DNA of 60,113 nucleotides, filler included, from Sphacelaria rigidula (GCA_964200075.2; 8 parts of 8 records of this genome joined end to end with filler, not necessarily neighbours in it), one strand, 5' to 3'; positions 24,292 to 37,279 are shown, counted from the whole stretch's first letter. Numbers and translations: made by a program. The notes: generated by a model not told the origin, from the sequence alone.

Positions 24292-24943
24292 TTAGACCAA
24301 AGCCTGCTCGTGTAAACTCGTATAAGAGGCCATCTGCATCTCGGAACGCCGTTTTGAAGCAAGCTTTCTCCGCGATCTCGACTTGGTGGAAACCGGAGGC
24401 CAGGTTGAGTTGGGTGAAGTAACGCTTACCTTTGACGCCGTCGAAAATGGATTGCATATCCCCGAGACCCCCGCTGTCCGACACTAAGAATTTGTTCAGT
24501 TCACGCCAATCAATGCACAAGCGCAAGGTGCCGTCATTTTTCTTCACCCATAGGTATTGGGCTGCCCACGGGGAGGTTGAGGGTCGAATGATCTCGCGAT
24601 CAAGAAGCTTGTGTATCTCTTCGCGGATCATGCGACGTTCCTCCGGGGAAAATCGACGTTGCTTAGCTGCAAATGGCGTGCATGACTCGTTAGTCAAGGG
24701 GAGTTCGAGCTCACCATTGATACAAGTGGGAACCTGCTTGGGATCTGTGGGGAACAATCCAGCTTCGATAAAGCTCAGCAGTGTGTCTACCAGCTCTCTC
24801 TTTTCCGCTGCTCCAAGCTGGCCCATGTTGGCGTCCTTCACGTTGACCTTAGTATTTGGTTGGGCGGAGCAACTACTGTCTGAACGTGAGGCGCAAAGAT
24901 GGGGGGTCCACGGGGGGGTCTGTCGTAGACGGATGGGGGTCAA
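24292..24943 (-). pseudogene. Gypsy reverse transcriptase N-terminal half (YxDD region deleted)
   Basis: The conserved RT motifs run up to AGFGL and are then fused directly to the late RNase H motif TDCSAL. Confidence 0.9.
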
Positions 24944-27900
24944 ACAGTCAGTGAAATCTGGCGGGATCGCGTACGTTCAGTGCTATCATACGCGCGACCG
25001 TGCCAGTAGGCATCACCGCTACCTGTTTCTTACTTCTATTCACAAGTTTGCAGTACACCGGCGACTCCGACTGCCACCACGATACTCCCTTCGCGATCCC
25101 CACCTCTGCCCCCTTGTCCAGGTCGAACTTTGCTTGTGGGAGTACAAGCACAAGCTGCCTATCCTGTGGTTGAGGACCGATCGCGGCTGTTCCTATCGCA
25201 GCGTTAACGAAGCCGCTGAGCGTGATCGTTTGTCCGACTAAGCGCAGCTTCCACTCTAGGGTGCTGTCGTCTTCCCAAGCTATGTCACGGTACCTGGGAT
25301 AGTTGTGGATGGACGGACAAGCAGGCGCAGCTAGGGAGGCGGCGGTTTCCATCACGGCGTGCAAAGCTACTAATATATCTTGAATGTGGTAGGTAGGAGT
25401 TTCGCTCATCAGGAACAGGATCCACGGTGCCGCTGGCGAGGGGCGAAACCCTTTTCCTGGGGCGAAATCTAGGGTACTGTTTTTGTACCGCAAATAGTCT
25501 GCACCTAAAATGAAGCGGTACAGTAGGCCCTCCACTACTCGCACTGGTACATTACGGACCCATGAATCGGAGGTCAAGAGCAAGGGCACAGTTACGGAAC
25601 CGACTATGCGCATTGGGGAACCTTACTCTGGGATGGGTTAGCTGCACAGAGAACACCTGCCGCCTCAGGGTTTGGCGTTTCGTCCAAGATGTTGGCTTTG
25701 TGTAGGCTTCGCTATGACGCTCCTGACATATAGTTGCCACCTCCCGCTTCCTTGTCCAACAAGACTTCTATCAGCCACGGCCGACGGAGACGCCGTCGGT
25801 GCCAGATCTCGCCCGTCACCCAAAGTTGGCTCCCTCGACGCTGGAATGTTGTGGTGGCGCTGGGTCGGCGGAGGTTCCCCAGGTCAATTGCACCTGAGGC
25901 GCGTCTTCACCCGTCGGCTCGAGTGTCGCCAGCGACGGCCTCGCTTACGGATGCGCTCAGCATATTATCCTCGCCGTCGTTGTCGTCGCCTTCGACTGCT
26001 GGCGAAATAGCCCCCCCCCAAACCGGCCAAAAGCGTGCACGGAGGCGATGATCATAACTGCCGTTAAAGCTGGTTTCGTGCTGCACGACGCGACTGNNNN
26101 NNNNNNCACAAAAAGTGCACCGGCACCATCCAACGAAATTGCTGCAAACAAGCCCAATAGTGGGATCGCAGCCGGTTCGTTGGATGGTGCCGGTGCACTT
26201 TTTGTGGGGGGACTATCTCGGCATTAGTCCTTCGTCGATGAAACCCAGGTCGATTGCCGCCAAGAGTTGTGCCTCCGTAATCACGGCTAGCCGGCGTTGG
26301 GGAATGAGCGTCTTGCGGCGGGGATGATACCGTGCGCCCAGAGACAGGGGGTGTTGCCCCGGTGACGGTAGGAGCCGGTGAATGCGTGCCCAAGGCAGAT
26401 TTTACGACCACGTAAGAAGGTAATCACTGCGTCGCGTCCCGCCGAAATCGGCGGTTCGGATGGTTGGGAAGTCGTGGCCGGACCGACTGGTTGGGCGAAT
26501 GTGGCGGGTGTCGGTGACGGCGAAGCGCTCCCAGACGGCGGTGGCGGGGGTTTGTGTGCAAATCTGCAGAGCGGGGTGCGACGGCATGACCCGGAGTCGT
26601 GGCGCGAGTCCCGGGGTTGATGGGTGTCGAACTTTTCTGCATGAAGGGCACGCCGTATGAGCCCGGTGAGACCGCCAGGTGGTTGTTGAATGCCGCGACG
26701 GAAGGTGCTGCCGAGTGGTGGCCGGCTAACATCTGAGGACTAGAGGACCCAGCAGGGGCTGACAGGGCGGGCGGCACTTCGGGGAAAGGAGGTGACCCCG
26801 CGTTAGGTTTCTGGAGCATTGCGGCGACCTCCGGGGGCGACTGTAGCAAGTTCCTTACTTCCTCAAGTGGAAATAATCTATCAGGTCCCGCGCCGCGGTT
26901 GCTAGTACGCGGTTGGGGGCGGGTGTGACTGTCGGCACTACATGCCACGTTGCGGGCGCACACGATACGTATGAAATCCTCGTAAAGACTCTTGGCCATG
27001 CCCCCCCTTCTTTGCATTGCTAACCCCATAGGGTTGTGCCATTCGCTCTTCAGAGGCTGCAGCCTGGTCCAGATCGCGTGTGTCTTTTCATGGAGGATCG
27101 ACTGTAGACCTAGCCTATCAACCGGGTTAGGAAAAATGACTCGGATAATACGGTCGTAAAGCTCGCGTAGCTACCGGGCGGTGATAAATCACCAGAAATA
27201 GGTAGCTTCGGTGCTGTATGGTCGGTCTGGGTTTGCTAAACTCGCGCGAAATGCTAGTAATACCCGTTGCGCCCCCGCACTCCACGATTCGTTGGGACCT
27301 AAGGTGATGGCGTCTAGTGCAGCGTGTATAAACTTAGTAGCCCTGTTCGTCATCACTTCTTCACGGACGAGGATCCGTAGCCAGTCGGTGATAGTAATGG
27401 ATTCATGTGGGACGGTGTCGGTTTCGCCCGTGATACGATAGACGTCTACTCGATCCGCTGCGGTTAGGGACGTAAACGTACCGCTGGTTTCTGCCAGCAA
27501 CTCGATCAGGAGGTCGCACCGGCGGCCGGAGTACTGATCTGTCTGTGCTACCCACTTACCGTTGACGTTTTCATCTTCCGGCATATTTAAAACTCCCTGG
27601 TCCATTACACGCAGCGTCGACCATATCTGGTGTTGAAGCACAACAGCGCTGTTGACAACCGATAGTTCCCCCGCACTTGGTCCTGCGTACACTGGGCATG
27701 GTCGACCACGCGTAATACGCCTACGTACCCTTTCGCTCACCTTCGCCAGCTAGTCAGATTCCAGACCTTGGACCGCAGCTCCAGCTGCTGCTCCTGGTGC
27801 ATCACAACCCCGGCGCCTTAGCCAACCGGCATCCACCTGCTGCAAGTACGCCATGTGCTCCTCCCGGTGGTGGCTACATTCCCGGGATCCCCACCTACTG

Positions 27901-29112
27901 GCATAGTGTTGACGCCTGCTGCGGGAGGGCAAGCGAGAGTTTCCGCGGTAGCGGTGGCGGCCAGAGCGGGAGCGGGAGCGGGGGCGGGAGCGGGGGCGGC
28001 GGCGGCGAGAGCGAGAACGGCGCTCTGCCCGTGAACGGGAGCGAGAACGGGGGCGGCTCCGAGAGCGGGGAGTTCAGAGCCTGGTATCCCCGTTGTCCTG
28101 CCTGTGGCGCGTCGATGGGGAGCGACGGTCAAGATCCTCGTGGCTTCTGTGGTGCACGGTGCTGAGAGGGGCACCCGGGGGTCGAGATCCCCGCCAGCAC
28201 CACCGCTACTGCCGCTCCCCTGAATATCGGGAGGCACGCCGCTGCGTAGGTGATGGGGGTGACGGGGCGCAGCAGCCCCTAGATTACCTGCTCGACCTGC
28301 TGATGGGCGGTGGGGGTCGCTGCCCTGCGGATTGTTTGCAGAGGCGGCGTTGATGCTGCTACCGTGGTTATCGTAGTGGCTGTTTGGAGAAGACATATCT
28401 ATCAATCGTCAAAGAGCGGCATTCGATAACGGGCGGAGGTAGCGAAACATGAGTAGGTTGTGCGGAAAAAATCGTAACAAGAATGGTAAAAAGACACGCA
28501 TGGATGTTCGCACATGCGAGATGGCAATAAGGGAGGAGGTCCCGATCATCGACACGGTATGGGGCGACACCGGCGACCATGAGATGAGACGTAGCATTGC
28601 GCAGGTGCGTTTGGGACGAGCAAAATCGAACAGCGAAAGTGGCAGGGGCGGACGGAGGAACGTATTGTTAGTGTGATGTTATCTCATGTTTATGTGCCTC
28701 ATGAAATTTGCTGCTTCCGAAAGGATTGTAGCAAAAAAAAGGCACACAGAGATATGAGACACCAGTGTGAGAGTGGCGGGGAAAAACACGGAAATATATA
28801 TCCTGGCGTAACGAATCAAATATCCTATCAATGAAGTAAATAAGGGCCGCTGTGCCAAAACAAAATGAGATACATGAAATCATTCCAAACAAAAACCCAA
28901 CAAAACGAAAGTAGAATAAATATAATTAAAATTGAACCATAGGTCACTGCGAAGGGAGGAACCGAACGCGACGAAACACTAAAATAGTCAAAGGGTGGAC
29001 AATACAAAATCAAGGCGTGAGCCCCGCATGTAATCACTTATACAATCGGTATGTCTACTGCTGCCGAGCAACGGCACTGGTTGCCCCCAATTTCCTGACG
29101 TGAAGAAATCCA

Positions 29113-29190
29113 TGTAGTGATGGTCCTCTGAACTGTAGTGACGGCCCCCTGCAGTGTAGTGACGATCCCCGGAAGTGTAGTGAAGATACC
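29113..29190 (+). repeat. 21-bp degenerate tandem repeat (TGTAGTGA + 13 variable nt), ~3.5 copies
   Basis: TGTAGTGATGGTCCTCTGAAC / TGTAGTGACGGCCCCCTGCAG / TGTAGTGACGATCCCCGGAAG / TGTAGTGAAGATACC. Confidence 0.8.
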
Positions 29191-30652
29191 GCTTGTCTAG
29201 ATGTAGGCTGATGTGAAGATACCAGTGTAGTGGCGACATGTTGTGACGGGTAGCGGGAGCGAATCCGTGCGACTTGACCCAGCAAATGACTTTTCACAAT
29301 GCCGCACATCAATCAAATCATACTAGGGGCCATTCGTCATTGCTGGGCGTAGACCATTTTTCGCCTTCCAGAGTAACTCCCAGCACAGATGTCTCGCACG
29401 TTGATCAATAATTCATCCGGACCCACAAAGAAATGATCCGAACAATTACCCGAGCAGTCCTGTGTGTGCGCTCCGGGTTCTTTGGTACGAAATTGCAGAC
29501 AGCACAAACACGCTGCTCCCGCAAGCAGTACAATGCAAAGACAATGCGATCACGTCCCTGGCTAACACCGTGCAAACACCATGCGAACACGTACATGGCT
29601 AACATGGGTAGGTACCGCGGCACCAGATCTAATAGGAGCGTGACATGAAAGACACATCTGAACCGCGAACATTGCACGCGGAGTGCGGTCTCCCAATATC
29701 TGACTGTTCGCAAGCAATCAACAGCCTGTATATATACCTACCTCCAGGTGGACTTTATCCTCAACTGCCGGCGATGAGCACTTTGCGCATGCATGTTCGC
29801 CGGTTACCGTCTCGGGCCACTTCACTTCCCTCTCTAGTAGTGGGACAACAGCACTTACCTGCAGCCTACAAAGCACTGAGTACACAATGCGCACGTTGCA
29901 CTGTACAGTAACATCCGGACCTCTTCTGAAAGAATGTGTACTGCAGAGCCATCCTACGATAGGGAGGGGGGTATTTGGTTGCACGAAAAAAGAGGCTCAT
30001 AAGTGTGTNNNNNNNNNNNNNNNNNNNNNNNNNNNNNNNNNNNNNNNNNNNNTTAATTAATTAANNNNNNNNNNNNNNNNNNNNNNNNNNNNNNNNNNNN
30101 NNNNNNNNAAGGGAGATAGCGCCAATACTAAAATCTCTATGAAACTCCCGATCGACGCATTTGGCGGATGGCGACGAATTTTGGTGTGGAGAACCACAAA
30201 AGAGTACCGAATAATTAAAAAAGAAATGAGCCTTTATTTATTTATTTATTTTCATAGAGGTTAGGGCGTTCTCGTGAAGAAATGGTCATTACCATAGTAG
30301 AACGCCCTAAACCAGTGAAAAAAATGAAAAAAGCAACCTGACCCACTTTGTTGTGTTCATTTTACCTTAAAGACCGCCCACACAAAATTTCAATACACGA
30401 AACCAAACATGAGCCGGTAAGTGGCCTGCGAAATACTGTTCCGAATTTCTACTGACCCGGCTTTTTAAAGGCCCATGCTCCCGCCAATATTTAGAGTTGG
30501 ACCCTGAAATTTGGTGTGGACAATGCATAGGGCATGAAAAAAATTACATCGCTGATTATTGCCCTAAAAACACATGAAAAATAAAAAATAAACTGTTGGT
30601 GCCGATGTAATTTTTGTAACTTTTACTTTTACATACTGGAATTTATCTGCAG

Positions 30653-30977
30653 ATGTCAATTTTCCAGCGACCTCCGTTCACCACCAGACAGCCTTTTGGC
30701 ATCAGGAGTTAGGAGAGTTCTTGTTCAGATGGACTCTATACGTCATGGGCTACCCCATACGCATCGCTCGGGCGTGGAACACCTGGCGTGACCGCCATCC
30801 GTCGGCGTACCAGTCTGGCCACATGGAGCCGTATAGAGCAACAATATTCATACCAGCCAACTCGGGAAGCAATCACCTTTGCAACCCAGAAACTGGCGCC
30901 GTCGGTCCTGTCTCGACAGCTTTCCAGCAGTACCGCGTGCTAGACCAGTGCTCCTTCGTGCAGGGCTTGCCGCTGGG
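30653..30977 (+). CDS. Putative isolated exon of unknown protein
   Basis: atctgcag|AT GTC... open for ~108 codons (VNFPATSVHHQTAFWHQELGEFLFRWTLYVMGYPIRIARAWNTW...FVQGLPL) up to GG|gtaaac. No family recognised. Confidence 0.4.
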
Positions 30978-31649
30978 GTAAACTATGCGTACTACGCGGC
31001 TGACGCTAGTTGAATTCGTGTACAATGATTTTTTAAATGCAGGCGTGGGGATTTTGTTTCTTTTTTGGCGTAAAATTTCAAATTTCCAAGGCACTTGAGA
31101 TCACTCGTCCCGTGCTGCTTCTATCCAGTAATAAATCCAAGTATTCTGTCTGTAAGCAAGCGTCACTGTTGTTCTTCACAGGGTACTCGGGCAGTTCTTT
31201 TTTCTGAGAATCTGCTTTGCCTGGTACGTGATTGATCGGACAAACATGCATGCCATGTTATCACCTCGTGACGGTGCACTTTACCGATAGTCACAATCAG
31301 TCGCTGGTCTCTACCGTACCGGGTGGGGTGTGTCGTGCAATCGCGCTTGTATGTGAACAGTCAGTCAGTTTTGAGGGTTGATACATATCCACCAACGGGT
31401 ACTACAGGCATCCATCAAGCTAAATTGATACGCATGTAGCAGAACGGGGTGTGAGAAAGGTGCTGTTCGCGTCTACTATTGCGTTGAGTTTCATCTCCCA
31501 TTGCTGCGCATCTCGACATACAGCACTCACTACGTGGCAGTTGCCCACGGACAGCTATACAACAGCCAAATGACTCGCTGGAATCACTACTTTATCATAT
31601 TGACAGCTCAACTATTAATTGCGGCAGTAGCAAAAGGTTCGAGTTGCAG

Positions 31650-32085
31650 TCAACCAGAATTGGCCCAATCTTGTTCAAGTAGCTGCCGCTCTCGCCAGTT
31701 GATCGACCGCGAAGATGTCAAGTGCCAGTACCACCACGGCACCAGCAGCACCGCCAAAAGCAGTAGGAACATACGAAGATCGTCACATCCTGGCATATGT
31801 TGGATTTCGAGCTCGTGGGCCGCCAGCGGTCAAAGAACGCCTTGCAGGAGGTCGCGCAATGCTTCCGGCATGTCATCGAGTCTCACCATGAAGGTCAAGT
31901 CTCGCCCTGCGGGAGCAAGAACAAAGCGAAGCAGCCGATCGGGTACCGCGCAGGCAAAGAAGAAGGCGCAGTATATACGAATCGAGAGTCTCGACAGTGA
32001 CTCGTGGAGGTACGTGTTAGCCCCGTCACAGTATTTTACGGCGTGGAACTCAGGAACGTCTCGTAGTGCTCTAAACCCCTGATGT
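31650..32085 (-). pseudogene. Decayed ORF of unknown family
   Basis: Minus frame GFRALRDVPEFHAVKYCDGANTYLHESLSRL...DDMPEALRDLLQGVL*PLAAHELEIQHMPGCDDLRMF...WWYWHL...EQDWANSG* with a single internal TGA. The + strand ORF 31501-32082 looks like its antisense shadow. Confidence 0.35.
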
Positions 32086-34150
32086 CGTAAGTGTCTGATG
32101 GACGATTGTCACGTTTCGAATTTGAATGTTCCGTGAGTGTGCGCATGTTTCATGAGACACATCCTGCCGTACACCTCCTGTCTAGGAAGATGAACACGTG
32201 TACTCCGTGCTTGCCTTATTCCCTACTTGTGGAGGCTTGTTCGAGATGTAGTTCATCCCATGTGGGTGGCCTGTTGGATTGCTCTTTGTCGACATGGGCG
32301 TGTTTCATGCTGCTTGTGCGATTCGCCAATTGTGAATTTTACACATGTTTCCACTTTCAAGCGGGTACGTAACATGCATACGCATGTCACTTCAACCCGC
32401 CAATTTGTAACATGCACCACGGTCGTCCCCCCATGGCATCACACTGCCCAGAGATTCTTCATAATCAACAGCAGGTGATATGCGAACTGGTACAGGTATC
32501 TACTCAAGTCACTGCAGTTTTCGCGCGCAAATAGAACGTTCCAGCAACAACCGGTTGGCATGTTCGGCTACACGTGCGGAGAGAATAGACTGGGTCTGAT
32601 GTATCACGTTGAATAGCACCACCTCGAATACATGTCGCAAATGACCACTTCTGTCAGCAATGAGGGCAGCTAGTTGATGAGAATACCTCCGTGGGAGCTT
32701 GAGAGCACTTTGCGTTCCAGGTCGTGGATAGGCAATATTTCCCCCCTCTTTACCCAAGAAATATGAGTGTGCTCTTCCGAAGGGGAAAGGGGGCGTTGTA
32801 TCTGTCGTTGGATATACTAGCGACTAACGAAAGCTCAGGGGTGATCCCAAGGTACGGCAGGAGGAGCCACGTATTCGGTCGCGATAGTTTTCCCGGACGC
32901 TTCAAATTGATTCATTCCAGCTGGCACCTGGGGTTACACAAAGTCGTTGCGAGACGCATGAAGCCCCCGTGAAGAGAAATACGCCCAGGAGATGAAGTGG
33001 GGCAATAGACACGATCAGGTACGAGTATTGTACCTGGCTGAACACCTTTTGGTCACGACCAGGTCTAAACTCCGACAATCTGAAGTGTAGCGTGCCTCTC
33101 TCTATATATTTTGTCTTCACCTTTCCCAAAAACGAAAAATAAATTGAACAACCGAAAATCCTATCACACGTGACGTTAGGCCTGATCGACGCTGTGCCAA
33201 CCGAAATACAGGAGCTCGGCCAGCACAGTTCGGTCACGTGATTGTCCAAAGTAGTACGCAACCCAGATAGCGCTCTGCCACCGGCATCCACTACGTTGTG
33301 TTGTTTGAGGCCAAGGTTGGGTTTGGTTCGCGTGAACACGCGTGATGATGGAAGTTCACGTTTGCGCAGATGGGCAGAAGTAGGTGAGAAAATCTGCCGC
33401 TAGCGGATACAAATTCCCCCACCATCAGTGGAAGACCAACGTTCGGGTACAGGTCCTTGAGAAAAGAAGTATGGTGTGTCCGGGACTTTGAGAGCCACCA
33501 TCAGATGGCCACATACTGAGCGGAACGTGCGGAGTGAAGGCCGAACCTACTTTCGGCCCGAAATGGTCGGGATACAGTACATACCTGGTCGTGTCATGAG
33601 GCCAGAGAAGCGTGTTTTTCACCAAAAATTCTCCGGGGAATGATCACGTTCAGGCAAGGCTGGATGGATAACAATTAAAGTGCCACTAATGCTACGGCCA
33701 TCTGATCGTCCCATGCGTGAAGACAGCTACTCATGGCTTGTAATCCAACAGTTGCACATCAAATTGTTCATTCCAGGCTCTGCCTGAACTTTTGGTTAGT
33801 AACTGGGAATGGGCAGAAACGGTACGAGCTGGACCGGCCTTCAGTGATTTTTGAACGAAGAGTGGAGATGCTTTTGGCAATTTGAAGAGTTAGGCACTGA
33901 AATCTTGACATGACATTTTTATCATCAATCTGCGCAACCCTGTGAAGGTTTCAGAAGAAAAGGCAAAAAACCCCCGGAAGTTAGAGCGAATTGAAGTTTC
34001 AGCAAAAACAGGGAAAATGCTATAACTTGTTCAAAAATGAATAAAAACGATGACAACGCTGCGGCACATACGGGCAATCGCGTCAACCACATCCTTGTAA
34101 AATTTCAGCCAAAAATACGTAAAATTGGGCTTCGGGTGGCACTTTTTGTG

Positions 34151-34222
34151 TGACCCCGGTGGTCAAACTGATATAACAGCCTCAAATGACACAGGTCACG
34201 AGTTCGAATCCCGACACGACGA
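34151..34222 (+). mobile_element. tRNA-derived SINE head
   Basis: GACCCCGGTGGTCAAACTGA (A-box-like) ... GAGTTCGAATCCCG (B box). The start resembles 14069-14144. Confidence 0.55.
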
Positions 34223-35466
34223 AAACGTTCTTGTGTGCACACTAATCGTGCATAATCTCTCGAACCTAAGGGTGTCGATGTTTTGGTGATGGTCTTGCTT
34301 TTGGAGAGGGTATAGCGTACCTTCAAGTAGTACTTCTCCCTCGTGCGGTGATATACGACAGTTGGCTCGGAAGTTCTCCTCCATTATGGAGCTTATGACA
34401 AAGCTTGATGCCATCTTGCAGCACGAACAATGTCTCTCTTGCCTGGGCATGTCAGGTGTGCGTGTGCCTATGTGGCGCAACGGTCTGTAGTAATTCCACC
34501 GCATTTTGTGAAACAAAACGTCTCCAGACACGCTATCGCACAAAGAATTGNNNNNNNNNNGACGTACTCGGTACTCAACGCAGTACAAAAACATCATCGC
34601 CAAAAGTTCACGAATCGAGCAGCGGCGGTGCCTTATGTTGCCAGGTTAGTCTGCAGTTCAAAGCGATATGCTCAGGTCGTGCTGATTTGGGAAACTTGAA
34701 GAGGTGTGGTGACGACAGAGAATGCTGGGTTTACTGCCGGCCCAGCTCGTACATAATTTTTGCGCGTATTATCTACAACAGAATAATCTGTGATAAAACG
34801 GGATATATCCGCATTTCGCCTAATTTGGAGAGATTTCCAATTAACTTGGGGCACAAAATAAGCGTGAATGAAAAGGAAATCGCTCGAGAGTAACATATGA
34901 ATACGATACTTACGCAAACAGGCAAAACAGATCCAAAGACCAGAATTATAAGCACATGGAACATCTCCAGGTATACTATACATACAAGCGTCGAACTTTC
35001 ACAGAGGAATGGAATATCGAGACGAGGGCGAAATCTGATGTTTGTGCAAGCAGAAGAATTGTAGAGGTTCCAGTGTCAGGTACAAAGTGAAATATGGAAT
35101 GTGGTTTCAGGATTGAAAGGGCTGCTGATCCGAGTAGTCTACGATTCCGTGGAGTTGGCAGCGCGAAAAGTAATTACGGGAGAGCAGGAGAGCGAACGGG
35201 GATCCCAAGCAAGTGGGTGGCTCTGGGGTGTTCGATATTGGTGGAGTGAGACCAAGTTGAATCAAGTGGATGGTCCAAGACGTGGTGGTGGGGATTTACC
35301 GTGACTTCTTCTCGAAGGGCTCGTCGATCCCTCGCCATGTGTTGAAGCTCATGCGAACTACAGCAAAAACAAACGGTGGGGATGAGACGGATACGGAATA
35401 AAAATTAGCAAGGTCTTACACGTCACACGTTCACGTTTCACATTTCACATTTCACACAAAAGTTAA

Positions 35467-37279
35467 GCGAGGCTGGTACTACGGTGGGGGACCACGGGAC
35501 CTCGTGCGGAGCCCTGTTCAACCCTCTCCTCCCGTTCCCGGGCCAGGCGCCTCTTTATTTCAAGTTCTGACGAAGAAGAAAAGATGGAAACAGGAACGAC
35601 CGACGTCAACCATTTTTATGGTGAAAGATCAAAGAAGCCTCCAGAAGCATTCGTCATGGACGCACCGAAAATGAAGCCCCGGGGTGGTCGGGTTGGGTTT
35701 CTCCAATAACACCACGCAACGGGCAAAGTACGTCCAATTGTATACATCGATAGAACTCTCGCAAACAGTACAGACTCCCATATGTAACCTTCGTCAGTGG
35801 GAAAAACGTCAATTTGAGTTCGGCGAACGATTATGCCACATCAGCATACTTGAACTTAGACTGGTGCACTAGTGTACTCGAAATTAGAATGGTGCACGGT
35901 TTTAGTGGGTTGCATCATCAAGAATTGGCGAGCGTAGGAAGCCACACTACACGGCGACAATGATAGGGCCAAGGAAGTGGAAATCCCGTCACCACATGTG
36001 GAAGCGCTGAAGAGCGACCCATATGCAATCATCGTTCAGATGGAGGAGGTGGCTGAGAAGCACGGCCAGGACGCTGCTAGACGTTTCGCAGAAGAAGCTG
36101 AAAGAGCGGTTGGGGCAGCCCACTGCCCCCCGGCGCACACCGCCCCCCTAATTCGCCTACCGAACGTCAACACGGTAACCCGTGGCAAGAGAAAATGCTG
36201 CGAGGCACGCAGGATTGTGAAGGAGACACCAGGCGGACGTGCTTCCAAGCGTCCAGACAGGCGATATACTAGCAAACGGTTGACAACCGACCGGGACAGC
36301 CTTCCGCGACCAGCCGGAACCAACTACAAATACAGTCAGTGAACACACTTTACTACAGCCCAGTATAGCTGAATAACTATGTTATGGTCTTCTGTGCAAT
36401 AAGACAAAAGCTGTGTGATATCATTGCATGAAACCCCAACGCCGCCCACTAGGACAGACGGTCCGAACGCGATAGCGCCAGCCGGAGTTATAAACCCCAC
36501 GCAGCACAAAGTACGGCTGTGCAACGTTCAGGCATCATCAACCCGCAGTATAGAGGTGGCGTCGTGGAAACGTGCAGGACAAAGCTCAGGATGATATATG
36601 CCGTAAGATCACAGCCGCCTACGATTCACCAGAGGTATATATACCGGCGGGGTACATGGCGTCCGCGTCGCCGTTATGGAATGATCAAACCAAAGTATGG
36701 TGTCGTATAAACGCAAACGACAGAGTACAGCGACGTGCATGACGTGAGTTTGCACTTGAAAAACCCGACATTATGATCACACGTAGTATAGGGGAGTAGG
36801 TGTACACATCCCCAAAAGGCCTGACGGTGAATGTCTCCGAACACAGACAGCAGGCGGGGGCATAACTGGGGTAAATGTGCCGTCGGCGTCGCCTTTGTCA
36901 TTGCAGCTTAGGCGCAGGCTTGCTGTGATGCGGCACAAATCATCAACTGCAAGGGAAAGGGCGTGCAAGTGCGGCGTGAAGTTTGCTTCACGGAGGCCTG
37001 CCGTGCACTCTGGCCGGGATTAGAAAACACCGACGGGCCGAACAATCAGCCATACCCATACAGTGGGGAACCTTATTTTCCTTAACGTTCCATTCGAAAG
37101 GGTCTGAAAAATACGCTTGGGCGAATCATTTGCCCGAAGACTGTAGAAAAACAACCATTTATTACCTGCGAAAACGGCAACTTTAAATCGTCAATTTTTC
37201 ATCAACGGTTCCAAAAGGGGTCAGAGTCAAGTAAAATCAGGGCTCCCCAAGTGGTCCCCAAACGTAGTACTAGCCTGGC
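35467..37279. mobile_element. ~1.8-kb TIR DNA transposon (probably non-autonomous) containing ORF 35977-36342
   Basis: Left end GCGAGGCTGGTACTACGGTGGGGGACCAC; right end reverse complement GCCAGGCTAGTACTACGTTTGGGGACCAC (25/29 identical). Flanks are TTAA and TTGA. Confidence 0.7.

Larger units (their letters stand above)
22599..28580 (-). mobile_element. Degenerate Ty3/Gypsy LTR retrotransposon (gag-PR-RT-RH-INT), 3' end truncated by contig edge
   Basis: Order on the minus strand: gag-like fragments (~28400-25900); protease (IEVLLDKEAGG ... FILGADYL, ~25800-25480); RT (SPWAA..VKKNDGTLRLCIDWRELNK..LASGFHQV..KTAF..YEFTRAGFGL); RNase H end (TDCSALIWL..LHRWALRLMEYDIDLQWREG..PDALSR); integrase zinc-binding region (HTLH..FHWPTMARDTRQYVLSCSC) and core (EIDLL..SRFPFGVPL..TFGVPQMIRC..ETVER). 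Many stops and frameshifts. Confidence 0.95.

Noticed and set aside
23539..25241. Long + strand ORFs (258 aa and 269 aa)
   Set aside because: Antisense shadows of the Gypsy pol frame.
26107..26206. Perfect ~30-bp inverted repeat inside gag
   Set aside because: It directly abuts an N gap, so it is most likely a gap-edge assembly artefact.
29113..29190. CRISPR-like constant/variable periodicity
   Set aside because: The constant part is only 8 nt, the variable parts resemble each other, the context is eukaryotic and there are no cas genes. It is a minisatellite.
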